Source of the DNA: a virus
Lineage: Duplodnaviria; Caudoviricetes
Virus record (IMG/VR): IMGVR_UViG_3300030372_005063
Location: 1 to 36,454 of that record
DNA length: 36,454 nt
Reading direction: 5' to 3' (one strand)
This document shows, piece after piece, positions 1 through 9,859 of this stretch. The notes below the pieces were generated by a model. It ran no database searches, was not told the origin of the DNA, and worked only from the letters and a program-made list of their open reading frames with translations. The first letter of the stretch is position 1, and each line of letters opens with the position of its first letter. The translations under genes and the position numbers were made by a program.

Positions 1-2535
1 AATTGCGTTTAAAGCGCGGCGAAAGTTAGCCGCGTCAGCATCAGAAACAACTACCCGCTGCTCCCCGGTCATCGGGTCAATTGCGATTACCGAAGCTTTT
101 TGAGCTGCTGCCTTGGCAAGTTCTACTTTTTTAATTTGGTCGGCAATAATTTGCTGTTTTAGCATTGGGGCATCTTCAAGGGAGCCAAGGTTTTCCTCTA
201 GTCTTGCGGCCAGAACAGAGGGGTCTGAGATTGTTGAAAGCGCCTCTATCTCTTTGACAGTATCCTGCTCTGAGTCACCCGTAAGCTTTGCTCCGATTAG
301 ACCCATCAGTGAGGCCCGCTTAGACACCTTTAGGTCTTTGAACGGCGCTGCAATGTTGCCCATTGTGCGCTTTGTTGCATTAACCGCCCACTGGTCAATC
401 TGCTTATTAATTTCAGACTTCATTCGATGCGCGGTAATTCTTCGCCTAACTGCATCACCGGGGGCGGCTATGTTACGGATGTATCTAGCTGCGAGAGCAC
501 CGGGTAAGCCACCAAAAGCATAACCCCCAACAGTGGCAAACGTTTCTGAAACAAGACCAGGCTGTTTTGATAATCCATCTAATTCTTTTTTTGCTTCTTG
601 GAGGTATTTAAAATTAGACCATTTTTCTTTTAGCTTGCCAGAGCCCGCTACAAGGTTAGGGGCAACGTCGTCTATTTTTAACCCAACGCTTTTTGCTGCA
701 TCCAAGTAAGTGCTAAACGAATTAACGTATTCGTCAAACATTTGAGACTTATTGTACAGACGAGTTTCGTCTGCATGGAGCCCATTTATAAAAGAGTCTA
801 TCTTGTTGCTGTCTGCCATAAACTTGGGCGCACCTTTTGCCGCCGCTTTGTCTTTCTTCATAAATGCGGTGGTAAAATTTTTCTGATGCCCAATTAACTT
901 GCTCCATGCTGCGTTAAGCATGGCCTGACTATTTGCAGCTTCTTCTCCAAAAAAAGCTTTGTTCTGCAAAAACAGTTTTAAATCGTCAAAGCCAGCTAAC
1001 CCACGGTCATATCGAGACTGCTGTACTTTTAACTGATCAATAATTCTGAAGACATCTTGTGCAGAGCCGTCCAAAAGCTTGCCAGTCTGCTGCCCAAGAC
1101 GTGCAGTGTCGTATATCGGAGAGCCTTTCTTAAGGCGCGGCGGCATCATGTTGCTATAGACGTACTCGTCAGGTGTTCTTGCAAAGGCGTCAGGTGAGTC
1201 AGAATAATCCAATCTCCGGATGTCAATTTCAATGTTGCCCTCATCTGTCAGTCGGGCTTTGAATGCTCTGATGGGGTCATCGCTGTAAGTTGCCAGCCTG
1301 CCGTCTACAGCTTCAAACAATTCTTGACGCGATTTTTTTGCGGCATCAATTAGGTTGTTTGCAGCGGTTACCTGTGTAGGGTCACCAAGTCGCGGGATCG
1401 TGTCTTCAACCGATTTAATGTAAGTGTTAATAGTGTCGAATGCGGCATTTATGGTGTCGGCTTCGTTTGGTGGTTTAATCTTTGGCAGAATCACCCTGTA
1501 CTTTTCGTCTGTTACCGCCTTGGTTGTGCCGTGAACGGTATCAAACATATCTCCAACATGGTCGCGAGAAGCAACAGAAAGGTCTTTTCTTGTTTGTTTG
1601 AAGCCAAGGTAATCATCTAAAAAGTTAGGGTCGCGAGTCTTTGACAGCAGTTCGGTATCTAACCCTGTCATCGCTGCCGTGTACTTGTCCTTGAAGTCGG
1701 CTACTTTCTTGGCCAGACCTGTAGGGTATTTTGTCTTAGCTTGGGACTGAAACGCTTTTGCAACTACGGCAGCAGGAGCAGAAAAAGCAGCGGTTAAGCC
1801 ACCGCCCAGGAAGGCCGACGTAGTAATGTCGCCCATAATTTGCTCGGCGGTTTTGTCGGTACGGCCAAGAAGTTCTTCTGAGAAAGTCTCACCCGCACCG
1901 AACAAAGCACCTTCCACGCCACCGGCAGCCGCCATTCCTGGCGCTGCCCGCAGCATTCTGGAGCCCCCCACCGCGCCCTCGACACCAAGAAGCTTGGCAA
2001 CGCCTTTCTCGGCAGCGGCAGCAGACCGTGCAGCAAACCCGGCAGGAGTTTGGGCAATAGCTTTCTTGGCTGCGCCCTTAATCCCGGCCCCTGCTACCGC
2101 AGTGGTTCCCCCTGTAAAAACAGCAGGAAGCAACATCCCGCCAATTTCACCAACGCCACTGAGCACCGAGTTATACTCTTCAATATTTTGAAGCTCTTCG
2201 TCCGAGTATGCACCCATTTTCTCAAGGGCAACATCAGACAGTCCAAACGTTAAGCCTCGGCCAGCAGCAAGCAAAAGAGCCTCTACGTTCTTACCCTCAT
2301 ACTCTGCTTTTTCAACGCGCTCTTGACGGTCAGACGCTAGGTCATAGGTTGCGCCAGCCCTAACAGCCTCGCCAAAGTCTTCACCCAAAACACTGCCATA
2401 GCGACCATCAGACAAAGCTACCTGTACTCGTTCGCCTTTTGCAAAAACAAAATCGCCCGACGCATAGGCTTGTTGGACTTGCGCCTCGGGGACGTCAATC
2501 CACTCCTTTTTACTGACGCTGTACATTTTAGGCAT
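1..2535 (-). CDS. Large internal virion/DNA-ejection-type protein, >845 aa, truncated by window edge (not in ORF track)
   Basis: ATG at 2535 after GAAGGA; reads MPKMYSVSKKEWIDVPEAQ...AAGRGLTFGLSD...; Ala/Gly-rich; same frame still open at 60-1 (QRVVVSDADAANFRRALNAI); position after other ejection-type genes. Confidence 0.75.
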   Translation of the reverse strand, partial: MPKMYSVSKKEWIDVPEAQVQQAYASGDFVFAKGERVQVALSDGRYGSVLGEDFGEAVRAGATYDLASDRQERVEKAEYEGKNVEALLLAAGRGLTFGLSDVALEKMGAYSDEELQNIEEYNSVLSGVGEIGGMLLPAVFTGGTTAVAGAGIKGAAKKAIAQTPAGFAARSAAAAEKGVAKLLGVEGAVGGSRMLRAAPGMAAAGGVEGALFGAGETFSEELLGRTDKTAEQIMGDITTSAFLGGGLTAAFSAPAAVVAKAFQSQAKTKYPTGLAKKVADFKDKYTAAMTGLDTELLSKTRDPNFLDDYLGFKQTRKDLSVASRDHVGDMFDTVHGTTKAVTDEKYRVILPKIKPPNEADTINAAFDTINTYIKSVEDTIPRLGDPTQVTAANNLIDAAKKSRQELFEAVDGRLATYSDDPIRAFKARLTDEGNIEIDIRRLDYSDSPDAFARTPDEYVYSNMMPPRLKKGSPIYDTARLGQQTGKLLDGSAQDVFRIIDQLKVQQSRYDRGLAGFDDLKLFLQNKAFFGEEAANSQAMLNAAWSKLIGHQKNFTTAFMKKDKAAAKGAPKFMADSNKIDSFINGLHADETRLYNKSQMFDEYVNSFSTYLDAAKSVGLKIDDVAPNLVAGSGKLKEKWSNFKYLQEAKKELDGLSKQPGLVSETFATVGGYAFGGLPGALAARYIRNIAAPGDAVRRRITAHRMKSEINKQIDQWAVNATKRTMGNIAAPFKDLKVSKRASLMGLIGAKLTGDSEQDTVKEIEALSTISDPSVLAARLEENLGSLEDAPMLKQQIIADQIKKVELAKAAAQKASVIAIDPMTGEQRVVVSDADAANFRRALNAI

Positions 2536-2953
2536 CGTTTTGTTCCTTCAAATACTTTTCGATATCTACCGGATTACCGTCAATCCACAGCTCTGCGTGC
2601 AGGTGATACCCCGTCCCCCTGCCGGTTTTGCCTACGCCAGCAACGTGGTGCCCGGCTTTTATTTTTTGGTTTTCTTTTACCTTTAAACTCCCAGGCTCAA
2701 GATGCATATACTTAACCTCTCGGCCAAGCTTGTCTTTTATTTTAACAATAAAGCCAGTGTTTCCGCCTTGGTTTCCGGCGTATGTTACTTCTCCGTCAAA
2801 CATTGCTCTAACCGGCGTATTTCTTGGAGCAGCGTAGTCAGTACCTTTGTGTTGGTCTTTTTTTGCTCCTGTTACCGGGTGCGTCCTTTCTCCAAACGGG
2901 GAACTAACTCGAACTTTTTCCCCTACGGGGTGGCTAAGGGCTAGTCTGGACTT
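2528..2953 (-). CDS. M23 family zinc metallopeptidase (peptidoglycan endopeptidase) domain, 141 codons, probably reached by -1 frameshift from 2941..4521
   Basis: Frame reads KSRLALSHPVGEKVRVSSPFGERTHPVTGAKKDQHKGTDYAAPRNTPVRAMFDGEV...YMHL...GRGTGYHLHAEL; HxxxD and HxH zinc motifs; HxxxD lies upstream of the first start codon (2803). Confidence 0.88.
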   Translation of the reverse strand, partial: KSRLALSHPVGEKVRVSSPFGERTHPVTGAKKDQHKGTDYAAPRNTPVRAMFDGEVTYAGNQGGNTGFIVKIKDKLGREVKYMHLEPGSLKVKENQKIKAGHHVAGVGKTGRGTGYHLHAELWIDGNPVDIEKYLKEQNDA

Positions 2954-4521
2954 TTTTTTTGAGCCGATTCGTCTGCATTAACCTTGTCTCTGATGCGCTT
3001 AAATTCGTCGGTTTCCATAAATGAATCAATGTCTTCGGCGGTTATTTTCTTACCTTCACGGCCAGCCAATCCTTGATTAACTGAGTAATTAGCGTAGTCA
3101 TTTTGATTAAGGAGCCCTCCCCCTTGCGCGTTGATTGCGTCTTTAAGGTTTCCTTGGACTTGCCTAATTCTGTTTAAGCCCCGCTCTGTCCCGTTCTTTC
3201 CGAAGAATATCTTAAGGGTTGGCATTTGCATAAGTACGGCAGCTAAGTCTCTATCCGAGCCGCGAGCACCGCTGAAAGCCTTGTTGATAGACTGAGAAGC
3301 GTTAGAGACCTGCGCGTCAAAACGGCCTTGCAGATCTGTTTGAAATACGTCTCCGAGCCCCACGGCCTTAGCAAGCTCGCCCGCAGCAAGGCCAAATGTA
3401 CCCATGAAGCCTTTTACCTCGTCAGCAACTTCCAGGAATATGCCTTCAAGTTTTTGCACCGATGCGTCTGCTTGCTCAAACAATCTCAGAGTGTCGGCCT
3501 TCTTTCCCTGACCTTTCAAGGCTCGACCCTGAAGCTTTTGCAGTTCTACAAGTGTCTTAACCCTCGACTCTTCCATCCGGGCAATTGCCTCAAGGCCAAC
3601 TTTTTTATTAGCCATGTTTGGATATTTGTCGATAAGCGCTTGGGTTTGCATAATAGCAGAACGAAGACCCAGGACAGTTGTAGCTTTTTCAGCGGCGACT
3701 TCATTCCCAAAACGAGACAACATCCTAGCATAGACGTTGTTCTTGTTTTTAAGAACGTCTTTGCGTTTCATCATCTCAGCTTTTTGAGACTCAACGTCTC
3801 TAGCAATTGCGCCTTCAATAATTTTCAGTGCAGTGTTAGGCGTGCCGCCACGAGTAAACCCTTGAGCAAAAGCACCGAGAGCAATAGCAAACGCAGCAGC
3901 AACCTGGCTACCAAGGCTTTTGTACGCCCTGTTGGGGTCAATAGAGTATGACTTTAAGTCTTGCTCCGCGCTGGCAATTTCGTCTTCAACTCTCTTGGCC
4001 TCTAGTCGTTGGCGTTCCTGAAGCGCTTCAAATGCCCGGGCATCGGCTTGAGCAGATTCTTCCCTAAGCAGGCGAATGCGCTCCAGACCCTCCATAATTT
4101 CGTCTGTAGTGCTTGGCGGTTGCTCTGCTGGAGTTTCGTCTTTGCCCTCGCCCGGAGTTGTTGCCGGAATCGCTGGCTCTTGCGTTGTTTCTACCGCAGG
4201 CTCTACTTCGGTCCCTGTTGCAGCTACCGCTGGAGCTGCGGGAGCAACCGGGGGCGCTTCCCTCTTTGCTTGGCTAACCATTCGTTTTTGCTGTGGGGTC
4301 AGTTTTCGCGTTTCTTCAGCCGTAAGTGTCCCGCCTCTCGCAGCTTCAAGAAGTTTTTTTCTTTCTTTTTCTCTTTCTTTCTTATCGAACTCTTCGGCTA
4401 TTCGTGCCGTCTTAGCTTTTTCAGCCAAACGCTCTCGCCGCCCTCCTTGCCCTGCTTGGGGGGATGGTTCGGCATCTTCGTATAAGAGACTGGGGTCTGT
4501 TTTTTTATAAGCTCTTGGCAT
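2941..4521 (-). CDS. Putative internal virion/ejection protein, 526 aa (664 aa if frameshifted into the M23 domain)
   Basis: Helical, charged, Pro/Ala/Thr/Glu linker, hydrophobic segment VAAAFAIALGAFAQG; RBS AAAGGAG; position after tail genes. Confidence 0.65.
   Translation of the reverse strand: MPRAYKKTDPSLLYEDAEPSPQAGQGGRRERLAEKAKTARIAEEFDKKEREKERKKLLEAARGGTLTAEETRKLTPQQKRMVSQAKREAPPVAPAAPAVAATGTEVEPAVETTQEPAIPATTPGEGKDETPAEQPPSTTDEIMEGLERIRLLREESAQADARAFEALQERQRLEAKRVEDEIASAEQDLKSYSIDPNRAYKSLGSQVAAAFAIALGAFAQGFTRGGTPNTALKIIEGAIARDVESQKAEMMKRKDVLKNKNNVYARMLSRFGNEVAAEKATTVLGLRSAIMQTQALIDKYPNMANKKVGLEAIARMEESRVKTLVELQKLQGRALKGQGKKADTLRLFEQADASVQKLEGIFLEVADEVKGFMGTFGLAAGELAKAVGLGDVFQTDLQGRFDAQVSNASQSINKAFSGARGSDRDLAAVLMQMPTLKIFFGKNGTERGLNRIRQVQGNLKDAINAQGGGLLNQNDYANYSVNQGLAGREGKKITAEDIDSFMETDEFKRIRDKVNADESAQKKSPD
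2952..2960 (-). other. A9 slippery site (CAA AAA AAA AGT), candidate -1 frameshift or transcriptional slippage site
   Basis: Lies inside the only overlap (2977-2944) between the 0 frame and the open -1 frame. Confidence 0.7.
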
Positions 4522-4533
4522 TTTTTTGCTCCT

Positions 4534-5310
4534 TTAACCTATGTACGACCCGAGGGCTTTGCCGCCGCCGCTTCCGATAGTAGCGCCTGCTGCTGCGCCT
4601 GCCGGACCACCGCCCGCAAAAAATCCAATTGTGCCGCCAACTGCGCCAAGGATACCCCCAAGCACATTAGACCACAATGACCCACTTGCCTGCTCTTGCT
4701 GGAAGGCTAACTGCTGCATCGCAAAAGCTCGGTCTTCTGCTCTTTGCTGGCCTTGAATTAGTAACTGCTCTAGCTGGGCACCGGCTTCAAGACGGGCCTG
4801 ACGTGCGGCATCAGCAATAGCAGACTCGCCCTCTGTTTCTGACGCTTGAGCTGCCCCACTTGCTGCCCTCAACAAATCCGCAGCCTCAAAAGAGCCGCGA
4901 GCCTGAGCAGCGCCAAATCCCCGCTGTGCGCCTGAAAGAATTTTAAGCTGCCGCTCCGCTTCAATTTGCCCCGCTGTTTTTCTTTGGCCCTCGGCTACGT
5001 CGGCTAGGCGGCTGGCGTACCCAAATATCTTATCACCCTCAAGGCCAAACTCTCGACGGCGGCCCATCATCCGAGCGTAGCGGTCAGCCTGGATAGATTG
5101 GTTGCGGTTCTCTGCAAGCTTTGCTTCGTCGGGGTCAATGCCTTGCTGCTCAAAAAAATCTTGACGGTCAGCGTCAAAAGCTCCCTGATTCTCGGCATCC
5201 GTATAAAAAGGGTCATCTCCCGCAAGGGTGTAATCACCTAAATACTTATCACCAAAAACTTCACTGTCATCACGTTCTTCGGTCCCGTAATATTCTTTAT
5301 CCGTTGCCAT
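4534..5310 (-). CDS. Putative ejection/DNA-transfer protein with C-terminal glycine-zipper hydrophobic segment, 258 aa
   Basis: Acidic N-terminus, Gln/Ala helical core, C-terminal VLGGILGAVGGTIGFFAGGGPAGAAAGATIG; synteny. Confidence 0.6.
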   Translation of the reverse strand: MATDKEYYGTEERDDSEVFGDKYLGDYTLAGDDPFYTDAENQGAFDADRQDFFEQQGIDPDEAKLAENRNQSIQADRYARMMGRRREFGLEGDKIFGYASRLADVAEGQRKTAGQIEAERQLKILSGAQRGFGAAQARGSFEAADLLRAASGAAQASETEGESAIADAARQARLEAGAQLEQLLIQGQQRAEDRAFAMQQLAFQQEQASGSLWSNVLGGILGAVGGTIGFFAGGGPAGAAAGATIGSGGGKALGSYIG

Positions 5311-6062
5311 TACATGCCCCCTGACCCATATTTACCTGTAACATAGCTTTGCATTTCTTCGTCAGTTGCAAAGCGAGGGTTATCTTTTGGAGAAAGTGGC
5401 GGCAGGTCGGCCATCCACCGCTTATCTTTGTCCCGTTTTTTAATAAGCTCAACAAGCTCTTCTTCGGGGCTTGCTGGAGACACGAACCTACCTGCCCCGG
5501 TAGTGCCGCCGTACATTAATGCGTCCTCTTGCGCTTGGAGCTGAGAAACCGCGTTTTGACCCGATGGACCGCCGTACATCAAGGCATCGTCTTGGGCCTG
5601 AAGCTGAGAGATAACGTTGCCGCCAGTAGCGCCGCCGTACATCAGCGAGTCTTCAATAACAGAAGCACGTTCGGCATCGGTGAGAACAGGGGAAGAGTCG
5701 CGCATTCTTGTCTGGGCTTCTTTTTTCTCATCTTCTTCGGTTTCAGCCAAAAAGCTAATTAAGGCACCGACTGAATCAGCGGCAGCTCCAACTATGGCCA
5801 TCTTTTTCGCTTGTGCAGCTTGGTCTTTTTGCATTTCAAGCTGCGTCTTTCCTATATCGCGCCGCATCTCTTGCCCTGCGGCCTGCTCTAAAGCCCTGCC
5901 CTTGCCCATTACTCGGCGCAAATCCGCGTTTACTTCGCCCTGTGCAAGCTGGCCCATGATTTGGCTAGATACTCGCCGAGCAATCGCGTCCTTCATCATT
6001 TGGCCGCGAGCTTCTTGAGTAGCTTGCTCCCGTAACGCTTGAGATAAAAATGCTGATGCCAT
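5310..6062 (-). CDS. Putative internal virion protein with 21-aa internal repeats, 250 aa
   Basis: Stop/start overlaps with both neighbours; helical Gln/Ala-rich; synteny. Confidence 0.55.
   Translation of the reverse strand: MASAFLSQALREQATQEARGQMMKDAIARRVSSQIMGQLAQGEVNADLRRVMGKGRALEQAAGQEMRRDIGKTQLEMQKDQAAQAKKMAIVGAAADSVGALISFLAETEEDEKKEAQTRMRDSSPVLTDAERASVIEDSLMYGGATGGNVISQLQAQDDALMYGGPSGQNAVSQLQAQEDALMYGGTTGAGRFVSPASPEEELVELIKKRDKDKRWMADLPPLSPKDNPRFATDEEMQSYVTGKYGSGGM
5496..5654 (-). repeat. About 2.5 copies of a 63-bp coding repeat
   Basis: EDSLMYGGATGGNVISQLQAQ / DDALMYGGPSGQNAVSQLQAQ / EDALMYGGTTG. Confidence 0.85.
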
Positions 6063-9000
6063 TACAATGTCCTATCTGCTATCGTTTTAAATGTCGTTGG
6101 GTCTGGTCGTATTCCTACCTCAAAAGCAAAGCCGTCTATCTCTGCACCAGCGGTTGAGCCGGAAAGAGTAAGTAATAGCTGGATAGCTCGTGTCTTCTGC
6201 TTGCTTAGGTGCGCTCTGTAAATGTACGGCTCTGTGGGCGCGCTTGATACTGATTTTGTAAACGTTTCGCTGGTGTTGTCTGAGTAATCGTTTTTAATTG
6301 CCAGTGATAAATCATGGGCACCTACATATTCGCCCATAAGCATAACGCGGTAAACACGGTCTTTTTTCATTACTCCGGTAGAAGAAACAAAACCGGTTTG
6401 AATTGTGACGTTATAGTTCTGATTGCTTCCGGCGGTAGTGTGGTCCTGGAAAACACTGTCATCTTGCTCAAATTGCTTCCCGTCTACAGTTAAACGTTGA
6501 AACTTAGAGCCGTCAAAAATCTCATCAACTTGGTATTTTGTATCTGTGTAATCAAGGCCAAAAGTGTGCCACTGTTTAAGGTAATAATTATATATGCAAT
6601 AGACATCGGTGCCTGTAGCCGAAGGAGATACTGGCTGTAGCATTATGCGAATACTGCTATCGTCATCATGGCGTATCATACTAACAGCCAAGTTTGACCC
6701 AACAGTATCTTCAACCCCTGCCCCAATATAGGCGACTGACATATCCCGACCTACAAGATAAATGCCTCGGTCGGTTTGATAAAAAACACCTAAAGGAGAA
6801 TCAACATGAGCCGCGCCCAGCTTTGCACCCTGGTCATTTGCAAAAAGACGTGGAGGTCTAAAAGCACCTTCGCCGATTGCGTTAGGCCCTGACCCGGTAG
6901 TGTAGTAACCATTGTCTTCTGTGAATATAAGAAGATGGTCAAGGTTTGACTCAATCGCGGTTATCTTGCTGGGGTCGCCAGAAAGACCGACAGTAAACGG
7001 CCCAGTCGCAGGAAAAAAGGGCGTCGAGCCCTCTCTTATAGGAAGCGACAAGAAAACTTTGTCGTCAATCCCAGCAGCAAAAAGCTTGTTCTGGTGGCGT
7101 ATTAAATCAGTACACGAACCAATAAACCCGTTCGCAGGAGCACCGCCCTGCGTATAAATGACTAAGCCGCTTTCTGCAATCTTGGCGTAATCGGCAGGGC
7201 GGTCATTAAAAGTAACGTACATATTGGTCGGCGCTTCATCGAGCTTAACTGAGCCCGCATGATAGAAAACACTCCCGCCCTCCCCGTCGTTCCTATAAAG
7301 CTCGATCCCAATGTTTTCTTTTCGAGAAAAACTTGGGACATAAACCTGAACTCGATTATACGACATTAAGGCTACTTGAGTAACGTTCAGCTTACCATTT
7401 CCGCCTGAGCCACCGCTTAACAAAGTAATAACATCACTGCCTGCAACATAACCAGAACCAGGCTCTACAATACGGGCGTCAGTTATTCCGCCAGAACCAT
7501 TTACCGCAAGCACTTGGACAGTTGCACCTGTCCCGGCATGGGTCGAAGTTGTTTGATATACCTGATTTGCTACATAACCAGTTCCAGCGGTGTTTAAGGT
7601 AAAGGTGAACGCCAAGCCTGACGCAGTTGTAACTTCACTAATGTCAGATGGGCGCGACTCTATTAAGTTTCCTTTATCATCTGACCACACATAAACAGCT
7701 TGATACTTTATGGTTTTCCCAACGGGGTATCCTGGCGTTGAGCCATCAGCGGAATACGTTATGTGTGCGCGGTCAGTGGGGTATTGCTGTATTCGCCGGA
7801 TAGATGGGTAAGTTACAAACCCCTGCTCATATACTTGGTTGCCATCGTACCCGTGCAAAAATCCACCAGTACCAACCCAAGCGTTTTCTATGTCAGCCGA
7901 AGCAAGAGCACGGGCAGGGTCAAAATTAACTATAAACTCAGACACCCCGAAAATGTTATCGGGGTAATCCGATGTTGCGTAAGTTCCTGCCCCATAACTC
8001 ACGTAACCGTGAAACCTTGAGGCCCCGAAAACAAAAAGAGTGTCGTTATTCTTTGCTACTACTCTCTGGACCCCATGCCACAACCGTCGCGTTTCTCGAC
8101 CAAGAGCGCCCGAGCTTGCAATCCCATCTATCGACGAGTTAATTGACTCGTCATCTCCATTAGGGGGTGCAATGGTTGTCCACTCAGTCCCTAAACAACT
8201 AGCGCATTGCCCCGTTTCAAGGGCACCGATAAGTTCTTTTTCGGAGTTAATCAAAACAGAGTTGTTGCTCAGTCCCCTGTCAATTCGCTTTGTCTCGCTA
8301 AACTCAGGGTAAAGCGCGTTATCGTTTACCTGGGAAACAACACAGTAGAGCTTGCTGTTGTACCTGAAGAAGTCTGAAGTAACCGAAGCGTTGTAGCCCA
8401 CAACACCCCCGTTAGTAATGGATAGCGAAGAGCTGTTTCTGTTTAAGGTGTACTCTTTAATGTAGTGCAGTGGCACCATTCCAGGCCGCACCGCCGTAGA
8501 CGTGTACTCTGTCTGAGCTACCCCGTGACCAAGCGATTCATCAATTTCGCCTGTCAAGGTCCCGCTTACCGGATTATCACTTGCGTCTTCTGCCCACACG
8601 GTACAAAAAACTGTTACAGTATCCGCTGCGCTAGTTAAACATCCGGCTGTTCCGTTTAAAAGCCAAAGAGCCCCAGTAGAGCCGTCAGGATAACCGCTTT
8701 CATCAAGGGTATAAAGATGCGAGCCTGAAAGGTCGTCCTCCACAACAGCAAGCTGCACTCCTTCCGCCGCCCCTGACCCCAAAGCCGTAAAGCCCACAAC
8801 AATAGAATAGCTGGAGTCTGCTGCGGCATCGCTTAAATGGCGAATCATAATGCCCGAAGGAGTAAACTTTGTTATTGATGCACGAGCATTGTAAGAGCCA
8901 AACTGAGGCCCTGTTGAAATAGTCGCTTTTTGAGACGACCCAACAATGGCGCTTCCTGACCGATACAGATAAATCACCGACAAATCGCCGCCGTGCCCAA

Positions 9001-9859
9001 TGTATGCACAAACAGCGCCTTCGCTGTAAATGCGGGATGTGCAGGGGTCAAGCTCAAACACAGGGTAGTTGTCGTTAAGCCGAATAGCGGAACCCGAGCT
9101 ATCGTTAATAGCAAACCCATTGGTCGAGCTACCCTCGAACCCAGTCGTCAAAACCTCTGTAATGCTTGCACAGGCAAGCGTTCGATATCGCAACTCATGC
9201 TTATTTGCTGAGTCGTCATACCGCTGAAAAATAATATGAATTTTTCCGCCGCCTGTTCCCTCGGTAAAACATTGTGGCTGACCAAACTTGTACATGCACG
9301 CAATGTTACCTGTTGAGTTTGTGTCAACTCCAATCTCATTGGAGCCGATAAGCTCCCGGCTTATTAACGTCGCGCCTGTCTCAATATGAACAACATCGGC
9401 GTAAATTTTATATCTTTGAGTTGCGGTATCCCCGTCAATAAACTCGTACTCTTCCCAGACATACAGGCGTACACCGTTCTTTTCGGCTACCTGAGCGTTG
9501 CTTTGTCTTCGGTCAATCTGCTTTCGAACAATCTTGTTCTCAACGGTACAGGGCACATAGGTGCCCTTGTCCAGCAGCGATGTGCCGGTTACTTTGCAGT
9601 AAAGCTTTTCACCGTCGAGTATAAGAGTCTCATCCTGAAACTTGCTTATAGCCTTGCCGGACGCAATTGAGCTTCCGCCGATAACGTTTTGCTTGCTGTT
9701 TGTAGTAACAAACCCACCGCGTTTTTTTGCTCGGCCCTTTTTATCAAAAACGACATTATCCGCCTTTGTCAGTCCGTCAGGCGTTCTTGTGGCGTCAGAT
9801 GATTTCTCATCCATCCCAGCAGTCAAAGCAAATGATAGGGTTCGTTTTTGCAGTGCCAT
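6062..9859 (-). CDS. Large tail structural protein, probable nozzle / tail tubular protein B (P22 gp10 / T7 gp12 position), 1265 aa
   Basis: Start at ATG 9859 overlapping upstream TGA; beta-rich composition; N-terminal NVVFDKKGRAKKRGG typical of such proteins; follows adaptor gene. Confidence 0.65.
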   Translation of the reverse strand: MALQKRTLSFALTAGMDEKSSDATRTPDGLTKADNVVFDKKGRAKKRGGFVTTNSKQNVIGGSSIASGKAISKFQDETLILDGEKLYCKVTGTSLLDKGTYVPCTVENKIVRKQIDRRQSNAQVAEKNGVRLYVWEEYEFIDGDTATQRYKIYADVVHIETGATLISRELIGSNEIGVDTNSTGNIACMYKFGQPQCFTEGTGGGKIHIIFQRYDDSANKHELRYRTLACASITEVLTTGFEGSSTNGFAINDSSGSAIRLNDNYPVFELDPCTSRIYSEGAVCAYIGHGGDLSVIYLYRSGSAIVGSSQKATISTGPQFGSYNARASITKFTPSGIMIRHLSDAAADSSYSIVVGFTALGSGAAEGVQLAVVEDDLSGSHLYTLDESGYPDGSTGALWLLNGTAGCLTSAADTVTVFCTVWAEDASDNPVSGTLTGEIDESLGHGVAQTEYTSTAVRPGMVPLHYIKEYTLNRNSSSLSITNGGVVGYNASVTSDFFRYNSKLYCVVSQVNDNALYPEFSETKRIDRGLSNNSVLINSEKELIGALETGQCASCLGTEWTTIAPPNGDDESINSSIDGIASSGALGRETRRLWHGVQRVVAKNNDTLFVFGASRFHGYVSYGAGTYATSDYPDNIFGVSEFIVNFDPARALASADIENAWVGTGGFLHGYDGNQVYEQGFVTYPSIRRIQQYPTDRAHITYSADGSTPGYPVGKTIKYQAVYVWSDDKGNLIESRPSDISEVTTASGLAFTFTLNTAGTGYVANQVYQTTSTHAGTGATVQVLAVNGSGGITDARIVEPGSGYVAGSDVITLLSGGSGGNGKLNVTQVALMSYNRVQVYVPSFSRKENIGIELYRNDGEGGSVFYHAGSVKLDEAPTNMYVTFNDRPADYAKIAESGLVIYTQGGAPANGFIGSCTDLIRHQNKLFAAGIDDKVFLSLPIREGSTPFFPATGPFTVGLSGDPSKITAIESNLDHLLIFTEDNGYYTTGSGPNAIGEGAFRPPRLFANDQGAKLGAAHVDSPLGVFYQTDRGIYLVGRDMSVAYIGAGVEDTVGSNLAVSMIRHDDDSSIRIMLQPVSPSATGTDVYCIYNYYLKQWHTFGLDYTDTKYQVDEIFDGSKFQRLTVDGKQFEQDDSVFQDHTTAGSNQNYNVTIQTGFVSSTGVMKKDRVYRVMLMGEYVGAHDLSLAIKNDYSDNTSETFTKSVSSAPTEPYIYRAHLSKQKTRAIQLLLTLSGSTAGAEIDGFAFEVGIRPDPTTFKTIADRTL

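Noticed and set aside
2528-2803. Stand-alone 91-aa peptidase as in the ORF track
   Set aside because: Lacks the HxxxD zinc motif, which is encoded upstream in the same frame; no clear RBS
2923-2943. TAG readthrough or alternative genetic code joining the 526-aa ORF to the M23 domain
   Set aside because: The 0 frame meets another TAG six codons later, M23 is in the -1 frame, and TAG ends several genes cleanly (e.g. terL)
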